Origin: a virus
IMG/VR virus record: IMGVR_UViG_3300045141_000143
Location: 4,061 to 68,060 of that record
DNA length: 64,000 nucleotides
Strand: one strand, 5' to 3'
Positions 25,691 through 37,100 of this stretch are shown piece by piece. Numbering within the stretch: the stretch's first letter is position 1; the number at the start of each line of letters is the position of its first letter. Below the pieces are notes generated by a model. The model was not told the origin of the DNA, did no database searches, and saw nothing but the letters and a program-made list of their open reading frames with translations. The translations under genes were made by a program, and so were the position numbers.

Positions 25691-26779
25691 CTATAACTCG
25701 ATGATCGCCGTGTAGCTGCCCAGGAAAGTGTAGTAGCCAGCTGCAACGACTGCGGTCGATAGCTTTAGATCTCGGGCCGAAAGCGCGGCGATTGTGTTCG
25801 CCGCGCCGCAGTTTGTGCAGCTACCGACGCCAATGAACACGTTCGGTGTGGCACGCATCAGCGTGGGTAGGTTTATCATGTGTTCCGCGACCATGCCGGC
25901 GAGGCCGTAGCCCGAAAACCGGAACTGCCCCTGCACCAGATACCTCTCGCACAGCGCCTGGTCATCGAACCGCACTTCCCATTGGGACGCGGTGTCGCCG
26001 GGTTCAAATTGCGGCTTTAGGACGCTGCCAGTGTTGAATTCGATCGTAGTGTTCGCGCCTGCGGTGATGGAGGTGGCGCCTGTGCAAACCAGCGGGCTGG
26101 TCGAGTAAGCCCCCGTGTTGACCCGCGCCGTCGCAGTGCCCTGCCATGAGAGCACATAGGTGCCGCCCTCTATGAAAGTCCCATCGATGACCTGTTGCAT
26201 CGTTCCTTGGGTCACCGTGACGGTCGTGGCTGGCTTCGTTGCCGTGAACGTCAGCGTCCAACCGTTCTGCCCGGTCCTCCAGCGATCAAACGCCGTGTAC
26301 TGGAACGCCGCCACATTGTTGCTGCCGCTGATATAGCCATTCTGGTTGCACTGAAATCCCGAGTTGATGAGTCGGTTGCGATGACCGGCAAGCGGACCCA
26401 GGTTCTGTTGCGGGCTCGAGATGTCGTAAGGCACCTTCAGCCGTCCGGTCGATGGGTCGCGATAGACCGATCTCTCAGCGGGGATCTCGGGATAGACGTA
26501 GACGGGCAACGTGTTGAAATTGATCTTCGCCGTGCTTCCGGCCGAAGTCCAAAGCACCGTGTCGCGCGTCAGCGAGCCCGTGGTGTATGTGCCGATACCC
26601 CACTCTTGTCTTGTCGTATCATTCGCGAAATAGAGAACCTGTGCCGGGGCCACGAAGTATCCGGCAGCGACGCCGGCCGACCAGGGCAGCCGCCCTTGCA
26701 CTGGCGTGCCGAGAACGAAGTTGCCGGTGCCGGGAGCTGCGACCAGCTCCAGGATGAAGTTGCCGATGCGCTCAACCAT
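25691..26779 (-). CDS. Tail fibre/receptor-binding protein
   Basis: N-terminal PGTG.F.L..EWG.GT..LTR; C-terminal RNRLIN..F..NQ..C.RY domain. Confidence 0.7.
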   Translation of the reverse strand: MVERIGNFILELVAAPGTGNFVLGTPVQGRLPWSAGVAAGYFVAPAQVLYFANDTTRQEWGIGTYTTGSLTRDTVLWTSAGSTAKINFNTLPVYVYPEIPAERSVYRDPSTGRLKVPYDISSPQQNLGPLAGHRNRLINSGFQCNQNGYISGSNNVAAFQYTAFDRWRTGQNGWTLTFTATKPATTVTVTQGTMQQVIDGTFIEGGTYVLSWQGTATARVNTGAYSTSPLVCTGATSITAGANTTIEFNTGSVLKPQFEPGDTASQWEVRFDDQALCERYLVQGQFRFSGYGLAGMVAEHMINLPTLMRATPNVFIGVGSCTNCGAANTIAALSARDLKLSTAVVAAGYYTFLGSYTAIIEL

Positions 26780-26788
26780 GCTGCTGCC

Positions 26789-27565
26789 TCAGATGCGTTC
26801 GGTTAGCTGGCCCGACCATGAGCGACGATCGGATGTGCCCAACGGGTATTTGATGTCCGCGGTCTGCTTGAGCCTGCCAAACGTGGCTTCCGTCCTCCAG
26901 TCTGGCGAATTGGTGTCGGGCACGACGAGGAGATTTGTGCCAAAGGCCGCAGCCCGCATCATGGCGTCAAGCGAGGGCCAAAGCTCCGTGCTCGTGCGGA
27001 CGCCTTGCATATCCAGATCCCAGCGTCGCCGTTGGTATCGATAGACCGGATACTCTTGCCCTCCGTGCGAGACCAGTTCGTCCGTCGTCACGTCGCGGCC
27101 GTAGCTGGTGTTGAGCGAAAGCGCGGAGAGCGGGCTCCACACCGGCCCGGCATACGCCAGCGCGACGTTGATGAAGCCGTCGGGGTTGCCGCTGTCGTTG
27201 AGGCTCACAGTGGCATAGTCGCCCACCACGCCGCCGGTGTCGGCAAGCACCTGCCCGCTCCCGTTCGCTGGCCCCGCCGTCGAACCCGAATACACGACCG
27301 TGGCCGGGTTGTTGTAGACCGTGAAGACGATTGCTGCGGCGCTGGTGAGGTTGCTGCGGAACAGGCCGATGATGCGAAACGTCTGCTGCGTCAGAGGCGG
27401 TGTAATGGTGAGCAAGATCCCGGTGCGCGTGGTCGTCTGCCAGCCGTCCGCCGCAGCACCAGAGTCAGTTTGCAGGTTGGTCACGGGCATCCCGGATGCG
27501 GCGTTGTTCGATGTCACGGTGCCGGTGGTGACGTGGTTTATGTAGCCAAGCAGGGCATTGCTCAT
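26789..27565 (-). CDS. Minor tail (distal tail/tip) protein
   Basis: Position after tail tip; ends E-R-I. Confidence 0.7.
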   Translation of the reverse strand: MSNALLGYINHVTTGTVTSNNAASGMPVTNLQTDSGAAADGWQTTTRTGILLTITPPLTQQTFRIIGLFRSNLTSAAAIVFTVYNNPATVVYSGSTAGPANGSGQVLADTGGVVGDYATVSLNDSGNPDGFINVALAYAGPVWSPLSALSLNTSYGRDVTTDELVSHGGQEYPVYRYQRRRWDLDMQGVRTSTELWPSLDAMMRAAAFGTNLLVVPDTNSPDWRTEATFGRLKQTADIKYPLGTSDRRSWSGQLTERI

Positions 27566-30500
27566 ATCAGCAACCTAACTGTGACCGACGCATCCTCGGA
27601 GCGGTAGCTGTAGCCCACGACCTGGCCAAGCCTGGTGCCCGAGAGATCGCCGATTTCTGTGGTGACCGAGACCACGTCGCCATATTCGAGCGTCACGCCA
27701 AGGGCGAACGGCACCTCGATACCGTAGACGCGCCGCCGCACACCCCAGAGGTTCGTGTACTGGCTCGCCGCTGCCTGCGCGGCCGCCAGCGCTCCCAATG
27801 TGGGTCCGGCGTCCACGATCGAGCCGGTGATTACCGGAGGATCGTTTGGCCGCGTGACGGAACTGAACAGCGTTGGCGAATTCGACTGCTGGATCGATTG
27901 CGGTGTGGCGAGGTACTGTTTGCGGGTCGCGTCGATCAGCGGTGAGAGATCGGTCGTCTGCTGGGTATAATTGTCATTGTAGCCGACGCGCATTCTGTAC
28001 GGCGTGGGCGAGATGCCAGCCGGAAGCGCGATCGGCGTGATCGAGATGATGTTGCGGTTGTCGAGCGCGGCCTCGACCAGCGTCGAGGCATTCGGGGGAA
28101 GCGCCGCCAATACCAGCGCACGGAGCTTACCATCGCGGCAGGAGACCAGCTTCATGCCAGCCGGAGCCAAGATCCTGGTCAGCAGCGTGATGCCGTCGGG
28201 CGCGTCTCCAGGCGCCAGGAAAATGGCACACCCGGAGGCGAGCGGCGCAACAGCTCCAATCGCGGCCAGATTGGTGCCGTTCAGCGCCACCAGGTTAGCC
28301 GGAACCCCGCACAGGTTGGTCAGCGCGTAGGCAGCGACCGCCAGAGCCACCGGTCCCGGCGAGCCAGGTATCGTCTGGCCGTTCACGTCACAGGTGATCG
28401 CGTAGACCGGTGTGCTGCCAAGCTGAAAGCAGCCACGCGCGAGGCATGTGCGATACGATCCAGCCGGTGTCGAGCCGACATAGAGGTCAGCCACGTCGCC
28501 AGCGAACGCCCAGCCCCCGGCGTGACCGCCTTCATAGAGGTTCGCGAGCTTCAGGATCGGGCCGTCGCAGACCTGATAGATCAGGTTCGGAGGGTCCACG
28601 AGGATCGGCGTGATGTTGTTCACCGGCCCGTAGATCGCCAACGTGCCTTGACCGCCGCCGATCACCAGCGGTTTCAGCGAGCCCGTCAGCGCGGCTGTGC
28701 CATCGTATTGCCCATTGCCGCCGTAGGTGGTCCTAAGCACCGGGCGTTCTAGCCAGTACGACGTATCGCGCAGTGGGATGGTTACCTGTTTGTCATCGGA
28801 AGTCACCGGGCCTGCCACGCCATTGAAGGCTGGCACCAGGCTCGCGTAAGGCGGTTCGGTCAGAATGTGCCGTGCGGTGTATGTGACATCGGCGGCACGC
28901 AGAGTGATCGTGGTCCCTGGTGGGATGTACGACGTCACCGTGTTCAGTTCCATCTGCCAGCAGGAGGTATAGACGACGTCGCCGTTCACCTGCGGCGTGA
29001 CGCGGAGCACTATCGAGGTGTTGCTGAAGCCGGAGGTCAGTGTCGCGCTCGCAGTGATCCGCTGCCAGTGATCGGTCAGCGCCAGATTGGCGGCGACCGA
29101 TGTTGCCGCGGTGGTGTTGCCCTCGATCGAGATCGCGATCGACGTCTTGGAAGCGGCTCGCGAGCCCGGAATCCAGACCCAGATCGAGGCACGCAGTGCC
29201 GCCCCTGTGGACGGCAGGCCGGCAACGCCGATCGTCGCAGTGTTGCTATCCGTGCCGGTGGCAGTCCGAACGTGTTTCCAGACTGAGGATCCGCCGTAGA
29301 TCGGTGGGATCTCGCCGGTTACGGTGGTGTTCACGTTCCCGACGCTCGGCGTCTGCGTCGAGAGGACGTACTGGTTCTTGGCGATCTCGTTCAGCAGGAC
29401 CGGCGCCCCGGTGAGGTGATAGGTTGCCGACCTCGTGAACGGTCCGTTGGTCGTCGGCATGAACGAGGTTGCTACGCTACCGCCCTCTTGCTGCGGCGCC
29501 ATGAGGCGGATTGTGAAGTCGGTGAACCAGGCGTTGGGAATGTTTATCAACAGAGTCATCTGCGCGTAACGGGTTGTCGCGTGGCTGCATATCATCGGTG
29601 CGACACGGCGAGCGCGGGTAATGTCGTTGAGACTGCAAGGCGAAGGCCCGTCACCGGTGAACCCCAGCAGCGCGATGGTGCCGTCCCACTCCCGCGTCCC
29701 GAACTGGAAGGTGATGCCGCTCTGCGAGCCGCCGATGAGCGACGCATAAATGCTTGAGCACCACGCCTGCCCGACGGTCGCGTCGACGGTAAACGTATCG
29801 GCCACCAGGATTACACCCGCGGCGGAAGTGGTTGTGCCGGTGAAGTGCAGGTCCATGTACTTGTAGTGGGTAACCGTATCAGTGCCGATGTTCGTGACCT
29901 GCATCGTCAGGCCGGGAAGTTGGACCGACCATAAGCTCGGCAGCGTTGCCGTACCCACGACCGCGCCTGTCATGTCCGAGGTCGGAATGACGTTCGTTCC
30001 AGCATCGCCCCGCGTTACGTCGCCGACGGTGGTGGGAATGAAGAGAGTCGGCGTGGTGCCAAGCTCAAGCTGCGGCGCAGTGAAGTCGATGGTGAAGTCG
30101 ACCGGCGCTCCGACGTTCCAATAGAACACGATGGACGGGTTCGAGGTCGCATATGCCGCATTGCCGGTCGCCGGCGTGGAATAGGTGCGGAAGAGCCGCG
30201 TGAGCGTCCCGGTGATCGAGGCCAGGAAGTTTGGCTGCGGCACGGTTACGGTGGTCGCAGTCGCATCGTAGAGCGCGAGCCAGTGCACGATCTGGGTCAC
30301 GTTGGCGAAGCTGCCAGCGATCAGCGCCATCGAGTGGGACTGCACGATCGCCGCGTTGTTCGGCAGGCCCGAGAGGCTGCCAGTTGTCCCATATGAGAGG
30401 CTGCCTGTGCTCGCCGTCGGAGTGCCGTGGAATCGCATCCGCAGCACGTTCGCCGCACCAGCTGCCCCGCTCTTGTAGATGGAAAGTTCGACCGCCAGGC

Positions 30501-31125
30501 CGCCCGATGCGACTGACCATCCTGTCGGCATTACGCCGCCCGAGTTGATCGTGCCTGCCGTGGCGCCGTTGCCAACCGAGTTGCGGACCACGTTCGTGGC
30601 GGTCACGTCGAGCGCAATCTGCCCGGTGTAGTCCTGCCGGACCACGTTGACCGGCGCTAGCTGGAGCGTGTTGTTCTGATCGAGGTATGTGCCGACTGTG
30701 GCGCGGGCGGTTGCGGTGCCGCTGAAGTTCTCCAGGAGCTTGTCGCCATAGAGGATATGCGTGTCGCGGCCGTCGGCGATCCAACCGCCATTGATGATGC
30801 TGTCGTAGAAGCCGTCGCTGTTTGCCAACTGGATGGCACCCCAGGAGGCTCCTACAGCCGAGGCGGCAGGATCGAGGTTGACCATCCCGTCGACCGCGAA
30901 CGCCTCCAGTACGCGCGGCGGGTATGGCACCGGTCCCTTCGGATCAGTCGGGCGAGTTCGATACCCCATGTCCGACGCTAGGATCTGCGTGTCGGTGTAC
31001 TGACCGCTGTCGGTCAGCGAGAGCGAGCCGTGCGCCCGCGTGCCGTGGCCTTCAGCGTAGGTCAGACCGCCATCGTTCGGCCTGCGGATGGTCTGCTCGA
31101 TCGCAAAGAAATGGGCCGTCGTCAT
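27562..31125 (-). CDS. Tail tip protein with inserted carbohydrate-binding-like domains
   Basis: Follows tape measure; Y.G.G..G..KP..G..N..P..YQV C-terminal part; repeated PQ.E.G..T.F/YIP units. Confidence 0.75.
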   Translation of the reverse strand: MTTAHFFAIEQTIRRPNDGGLTYAEGHGTRAHGSLSLTDSGQYTDTQILASDMGYRTRPTDPKGPVPYPPRVLEAFAVDGMVNLDPAASAVGASWGAIQLANSDGFYDSIINGGWIADGRDTHILYGDKLLENFSGTATARATVGTYLDQNNTLQLAPVNVVRQDYTGQIALDVTATNVVRNSVGNGATAGTINSGGVMPTGWSVASGGLAVELSIYKSGAAGAANVLRMRFHGTPTASTGSLSYGTTGSLSGLPNNAAIVQSHSMALIAGSFANVTQIVHWLALYDATATTVTVPQPNFLASITGTLTRLFRTYSTPATGNAAYATSNPSIVFYWNVGAPVDFTIDFTAPQLELGTTPTLFIPTTVGDVTRGDAGTNVIPTSDMTGAVVGTATLPSLWSVQLPGLTMQVTNIGTDTVTHYKYMDLHFTGTTTSAAGVILVADTFTVDATVGQAWCSSIYASLIGGSQSGITFQFGTREWDGTIALLGFTGDGPSPCSLNDITRARRVAPMICSHATTRYAQMTLLINIPNAWFTDFTIRLMAPQQEGGSVATSFMPTTNGPFTRSATYHLTGAPVLLNEIAKNQYVLSTQTPSVGNVNTTVTGEIPPIYGGSSVWKHVRTATGTDSNTATIGVAGLPSTGAALRASIWVWIPGSRAASKTSIAISIEGNTTAATSVAANLALTDHWQRITASATLTSGFSNTSIVLRVTPQVNGDVVYTSCWQMELNTVTSYIPPGTTITLRAADVTYTARHILTEPPYASLVPAFNGVAGPVTSDDKQVTIPLRDTSYWLERPVLRTTYGGNGQYDGTAALTGSLKPLVIGGGQGTLAIYGPVNNITPILVDPPNLIYQVCDGPILKLANLYEGGHAGGWAFAGDVADLYVGSTPAGSYRTCLARGCFQLGSTPVYAITCDVNGQTIPGSPGPVALAVAAYALTNLCGVPANLVALNGTNLAAIGAVAPLASGCAIFLAPGDAPDGITLLTRILAPAGMKLVSCRDGKLRALVLAALPPNASTLVEAALDNRNIISITPIALPAGISPTPYRMRVGYNDNYTQQTTDLSPLIDATRKQYLATPQSIQQSNSPTLFSSVTRPNDPPVITGSIVDAGPTLGALAAAQAAASQYTNLWGVRRRVYGIEVPFALGVTLEYGDVVSVTTEIGDLSGTRLGQVVGYSYRSEDASVTVRLLI

Positions 31126-34100
31126 GACACCCTGGCCGGCGCCGTCGTGCCTTGCAGCAGTTGCAGCCGGAGCTGCTTCACTTCGTCCTGAAGCTCCTGG
31201 AGCTGCTCGACCAGCTGGGCGGTCTGCGAGCGCGTCTCGGTCTGCAACACGGAGGCGGTCAGTTGGTCAGACGTTTGCCCGCCGACCTCCGCCAACGCCG
31301 TGATGACGCGGCCGAAAGCGGTGACGTAATCGGTGCCGGACCCGTAGAGGGTGTGCGCCGCATTCAGGTAGTTGTCCGCATAGGTCTGCAAGGTCTGCAC
31401 CGCGGCAAAGTTGCCGCCCGACGCGAGCCCGGATTGTGTGTCGAACTGCGTCTTCGCCAAGTTGAATTGGGCCTGTGGCGACAGCGGCGACTGGGCCGAC
31501 GTTTGCAGCGTCCTGGCATACTGGTTGAGCGAGGTGATCGAACTGGTGGCTTGCGACGCGAGCGCATCGTTTTGTTGCTGTTGCAGCGCCAGCCGCTCCT
31601 CGCCCTGTGCTTTCACAAGTGCCGTGATCTTGGTGCCATAGTCGACGGTGTATTGGTACGCATCGCCATAGGTTTGCACGAGGCTGATCTTGAGGTTGTC
31701 CAACTCATCGTTTTGCGTGACGACGAGCGCGTCTCGTGCAGCCTGATTGAGCGCCGCCTGCCCGCCGGTGACCGACGCCTGTGCATTCTCAAAGCGCGTC
31801 GCGAAGCTCTCGTCCTGCTGTGAACTGGCGATCTGTTGCTGGCGGGCTTGCAGGTCGAGTTGCTGTTGCAGCGCGATCCGTTCCAACCCCTGCGCGTTCT
31901 GCAGCGCCAGCATCTTGTCGCCGTACTCTTTCGTCAGGGCATAGGCATTGCCGTAGGTTGAGGTGAGGCTGAGGTAGAGGTTCTGCTGCTCGGACCCGGC
32001 ATTTACGTCGAACGCAAACAGCTCCGCCCTGGCCTTTGCCTCCGGCGAGCCGATGATGTTGGCTGTCGCATTCGACGAGCGCACCGCGAAGCCCCAGTCC
32101 TGCTGCTGGCTCGCGACCTGACGCTCAAGGGCAGCGCGGGCAAGCTGCTGCATGGCCAGTTGCATTTCGGCGGTCTGCGCGTCCTGCAAGGCGCCGACCT
32201 TGCCATAGTATTCAGCCGTGGTCGCATAGGCGTCGCCGTAGGTCTGCTTCAACCCCTCCTGCAAGTTCTGCATCTCTTCGACTTGTTGCACATACAATGC
32301 GGAGAGCGAGGCGTTTCCCATTGCGGTCGGGTCACCGCTAATCGCTGCTCTCGCCGTGTCTCTCCGCACCGTGAAGGTTATGTCCTGCTGCCAACTGGCA
32401 ATCGCCTGCTGCCGCAGTTTTTGATTGAGCGTCTGTTCGAGGACCAGGCGCTCCTCGCCCTGCGCCGTAACAAGCGCGTTCAGCTTGTCGCCATACTCCT
32501 GCGTCGTTGCGTACGCATTCCCGTAGGTCTGCGTCATCGACAGGTAGAAGTTTTGCAGCTCCTGTGAAGCTTGGACGTCGAACGCCTCGTATGCGGCGGC
32601 TGGCGCGACCTGGGTCGGGTAGAGCGCTGCAATGGCGTTGACGCGACGCACATCGATGTTCTCGTTCTGCTGGACGCTGTTGACCTGAAGCTGAAGGTTC
32701 TCGCGGTTGATCTGCTGGCCAAGTATGTTCATTTCGTTGGCCTGCGAGTTAATCAGCGCGTCCCACTTTGCGGCATAGTTTGAATCGGTGTTGTAGAACT
32801 GATCGCCAAAGGTCTGCTGTTCGCTTTGCTGGAAGCCGATGCGCTCGATGGCCTGCTGCGCATTCAGAGAGTTGAGCGCCGCAGTGTGGATCTGGGTCGG
32901 ATCGCCGCTCAGTGCAGCAGCGGTGGTGCCCTGGCGAGCCTGCAAGGTCAGCAGTTGCTCGTTGCTTGCGATGTCGTTCTGTTGTTGCTGCTTGTTGAAT
33001 GCGACCTGAATGGCGAGCCGCTGCTCTGCGGTCGCCTTGTCGTACTCGGCCATCCGGTCGTTGTAGCCCTGCGTCGTCGTGAAGGCATCGCCCCAGATGG
33101 CGGTGAGCGAGTCAGAGAACGCCTGACGCTGCGTCGCGGAGCCTGCGCCGAGATTATCAAACTGATAAAGCTGCGCATTAAGGGCATCCTGTGGGCTGCC
33201 ACTGATCGACGCCTGCGCGGTGAGGAAGTTAGAGGTCTGGGTCGAAGTGATCGTGTCGGTCGCCAGCTTCGCGACCAGATTGTTCCGGTCGTAAAGCTTT
33301 TGCTGTGCGGCCTTCAGATCGTCGTAGCCGAAGCCGTACTGCTGCGCCTGGTTGAGAGCATCGCTGTACTGCGCATAGACCTGGCTCTGATTGGTTGCGA
33401 GCGAGCCGGGCTGCCCGGCGGTCAGCGATGGATAGATCGACGTGATAAACGTCGCGGCCTTCTGCAATGCCGGTTGCACGTCGGTGTTCGCCGCACCGGA
33501 CAGCGCGCGGAACGCGATGCCCATCGTGTCGCTTTCGGCCTTGGTGCCCTTCAGCGCCTTCTCGAAATCCGACAGCGACGTTGTGACACCGGCCAGTTCT
33601 TCCGGGCTCTGGAACAGGCGACCTTGGATGAATCGGTTCGTGAGATCATCTGACGATGAAAAGCGCAGGCTCGGGAAGGCAGCACCGATGGAACTGTATT
33701 TGCTCGGGTCTTGGAAGCCGCCCGGCGTGTTCTGCCCGATCTGTAGATACTGCGCGCCAGTGTTCACGCCTTCCAGGCTCGTGACCCGCAGACCCTTCGA
33801 CGTCAACAGATCGTTGATGGACTGGACGTCACTGATGGCAGCAGACCGCTCGCCGGATGCGTTGACCCGTTGCGATGTCGTGCTGCCGACAGTCAGCAAT
33901 CCTTGATCGTTCCTGTTGATGATCGTGCTCGAAAATGCGTTCGGCGCGTGCGGGCCGATCAGGCCACCGGCACTTCCGCCAAGCACGCCACCGATCAGGG
34001 CAGGGATCAGGAGCGATGTGCCGAATGTTGCGGGGGCGAGGACAACGCCCGCGATACCGGCCGCCGTGCCAAGGGCCGCGCCGATTTCCGGCCCATAGCC

Positions 34101-37100
34101 CACCTTGTTCTGCGACTTCTGGACAAAGCCGCCGACGAGCGAACCAGCGGCGAAGCCCGCGCTCGCGGCACCAGCCAAGCTGCCGATCGTCACGCCAGGG
34201 TTGGCGGCGATGATTGCGTCGCCTGGCAGGATGCCACCGCTGGCAGCGGTGGGAGCGATGATAGGCGTGTTCAGGAAGTTCGTGATGCCTGTCAGCGCGC
34301 CGTTCGGGCCGGTCAGGCCGAGCGATTCGCCAAGACCTGAGAACATGCTGCCGCCGGCGTTGCCCGCGGCGCTGAAGGTATCGGGGAAGAGCGCCTTGCC
34401 GATCGTGAACAGGCTGCCGCCCGTGCTGAGGAGGCTGCCGATCCCGCCGCTGCTGCTCGAGCCCTGCCCGGCGCCGCTCGCATAGAGCCCTGCCAGCCCG
34501 CCTATCGTGCCGCCACCGAAGGCGCCACCGAGCGTGCCAGACGTGCCCACGGCCTGCGTGCCGATCATGCCGCTGATGGCACCAACGCCGCCGACCGGCA
34601 CGAAGCCTTTGACCCCGTTCCCCAGGTCTACCAGCTGCAGCGCCGTCCCGAGACCGCTGCCCGCACCGCCGCCGGTGCTACCGGCGCCGCTGAACAGATT
34701 GAACACCGAGCCGAGCGTCGTGTCGTTCTTGCCGAACAGGTTATTCAGGATCGGATTGAGGATCGCCAGGTGCGCGAACTGCTGGATGAGCTGCGTCACC
34801 ACGCCTTGCATGACGCTGGCGAATTTCACGCCAGCGCCAGAGCCCTGCACGAAAGCCTGCGTGATCGAATTGCCAATCGTGTCGAAGGCCGAGCTGAACT
34901 GCTGCGACAGGTAATTGACCGTCTGCTGCTGGTTCTGAAGGTTCTGCGTGAGCTGCGCCGCCACATCCTTCTGCGCCAGCATTGCGGCTCGTTCTTGATC
35001 GAGCAGCTGCGGAGATTTGCTCGCTAGCTCGTTCTGGTCCTTCATGTGTTGGACCAACAACGCACGCGCGTCGCCGTTTTCGAGCAGAGTGTCGGTCTGG
35101 ACCTTGGTGATTTCGATCTGCTGCGCGGTGGCGAGCGAGTCCTGCACCGCCTTGGCTTCTTCGGTGGCCTTGGTGTTGTCGCGAATGATAGCGGCTGTCG
35201 CGGCGACGCCTACGCCCGCATCCGCAGCCGCCTTGCCGAATTTCTCCGCGACGATGTTGTAAGCTTGCTGCTGGATTGCCGCGTCGGACGCAGCCTTTGC
35301 GCCGCCCGACCACGCAACCGTCAGCTTGGTCTGCTCAAGAGTGGCCTCCTGGGTCTTCTTTACCCAGAGGTCGTATGCCGCCGATAGCGCCCCGAGTTGC
35401 GCGGCGATCTGCTTGGCGGCGTCATCGTCCGAGATCGGATGCAGCGGGTTCTGTGCACGCTGGCGCGCAATCGCAAGCTCGCCCGCTGCACGCTGCTTGT
35501 CAGCTTCATAGAGGATCGACGCGACGGTATTCTGATCCTGTAGCGCCTTTGTGGCCTGCTCCGTCGGGTGGATCACGTTGTTGATGTCGACAGCGTTCTG
35601 CTCAAGCAGCTTGTTGTATTGCTCGACCTGCGCGTTGTCGTTGTGGATGACGGCCTGGCTCCGCGCCTCGGTGTATTCCTTTTGCAGCGTAATCAGCTTG
35701 GCGAGTTGCGCCGCTTGCGCGTCTGACAGGTTGCCGGCCATCGCGGAGGCGCCAGCGTTGGCGGCAGCGATGCTCTCCGGCGTGCCGGTCGGGAAATCCA
35801 CCTTGGCGGGTGTCGAGACTCTGGCCGCAAACTGCGTGCCGCCGCTCTCGACGGAGGCAGTCTGCAACGCGAGCTTTGTCAGCCAGTCCGGCCAGCCATA
35901 GAGCTGCGCGATGAACGCGATGCCACCGGAAACGTCGGTCGGTAGCTTGCCAATGTCGGCAGCATTCAGCTTGCCCATCTTCGCAGTGAGACCGGCCGTA
36001 TTGCCCGCCGAGAAGCCGCCATAGGCTTGCGTGATGCCTTGTGCATCGCGACCCTGCTGGAACAGGCTGTTCATGTAGTTCAGGGCCGCAATGATGTTCT
36101 GGCCCGCATTCTGATCGATGAAGCCGCCCGGCAAGCCCCTGGCCGCAGCCGTCCCCGGCACGATCTGCATCACGCCGTGGCCGATCGAATCGGCTGCCAC
36201 GCCTGGTGTGTGATCGGTCAGTACGCTCGTGCCACTGGGAGCGCCCTGGAACAGCGACGGATACTTCGCCTGTAGCTTTTGAATCTGCGTGTCGATCACG
36301 TCCTGACCGGTCTGGGCCGCGTTGGTGGCAGCGCGACCGGTCACCCAGGCGACAAACCGGTCGATGATCGAGTCGCCCTGATAGGCGGACGAGTTTATGG
36401 CGTTGCCTTGTGAGCCAGCACTCGGGTTGTTCTGATGATCGTCGATCCACTTCTGTAGGTCTCGGAGCGCATTGATCGTCCGCGCAATGGCCTCGACGGC
36501 CGCGGCCGCCATGTCATCGATCGCCTTGCCGAGACTCTCGAAGAACGTCTTCTGGTGCGCCTGTGCTGCCGGGCTCAACGCAGCGTCGAGATCGATCACC
36601 GCCTTTTGCAGCGGCGTCAGTTCCTTCTCGGCGCGATCGGCAGCAGCGCCAAACACCTCCATCAGCTTTGCATTGGCGTCGGTGACGTCGCCCAGCTGCT
36701 GCAAATGAGCGATGTTGGCGAGGGTCACTGAGTCCAGGCCGACCAGCGACTTCGTTGCTGTGTCCAGCCCCACCGCAACCTTGGTCGGATCCGCCGAAGC
36801 CTCGACCATCAGGTTGGCGGTGTCCTGGAGCGACTTGCCCAGAACCGCGCTGAGATATTGCGCAGTGGTGGTCAGCTTCGCCAACGACTGCTGTGACTTG
36901 TCGATGAGCGGTGCGCTGGCAAATGTCTGCGCGGCAGAGGTTGCGTCGGCGGTCGATGCAGGCGTGCTCTTGGCAACCTCGCTGCCCGCAGCCCGCACCG
37001 CTTCAGCCAGATTGACATAGTCGTTGGTCGTTGCGGAGAGTTGGTCTCGGAGCGCCTCCTGCTTTCGCGCAGCGACCTCAGCGGCGTAGCCCAGACCGAC

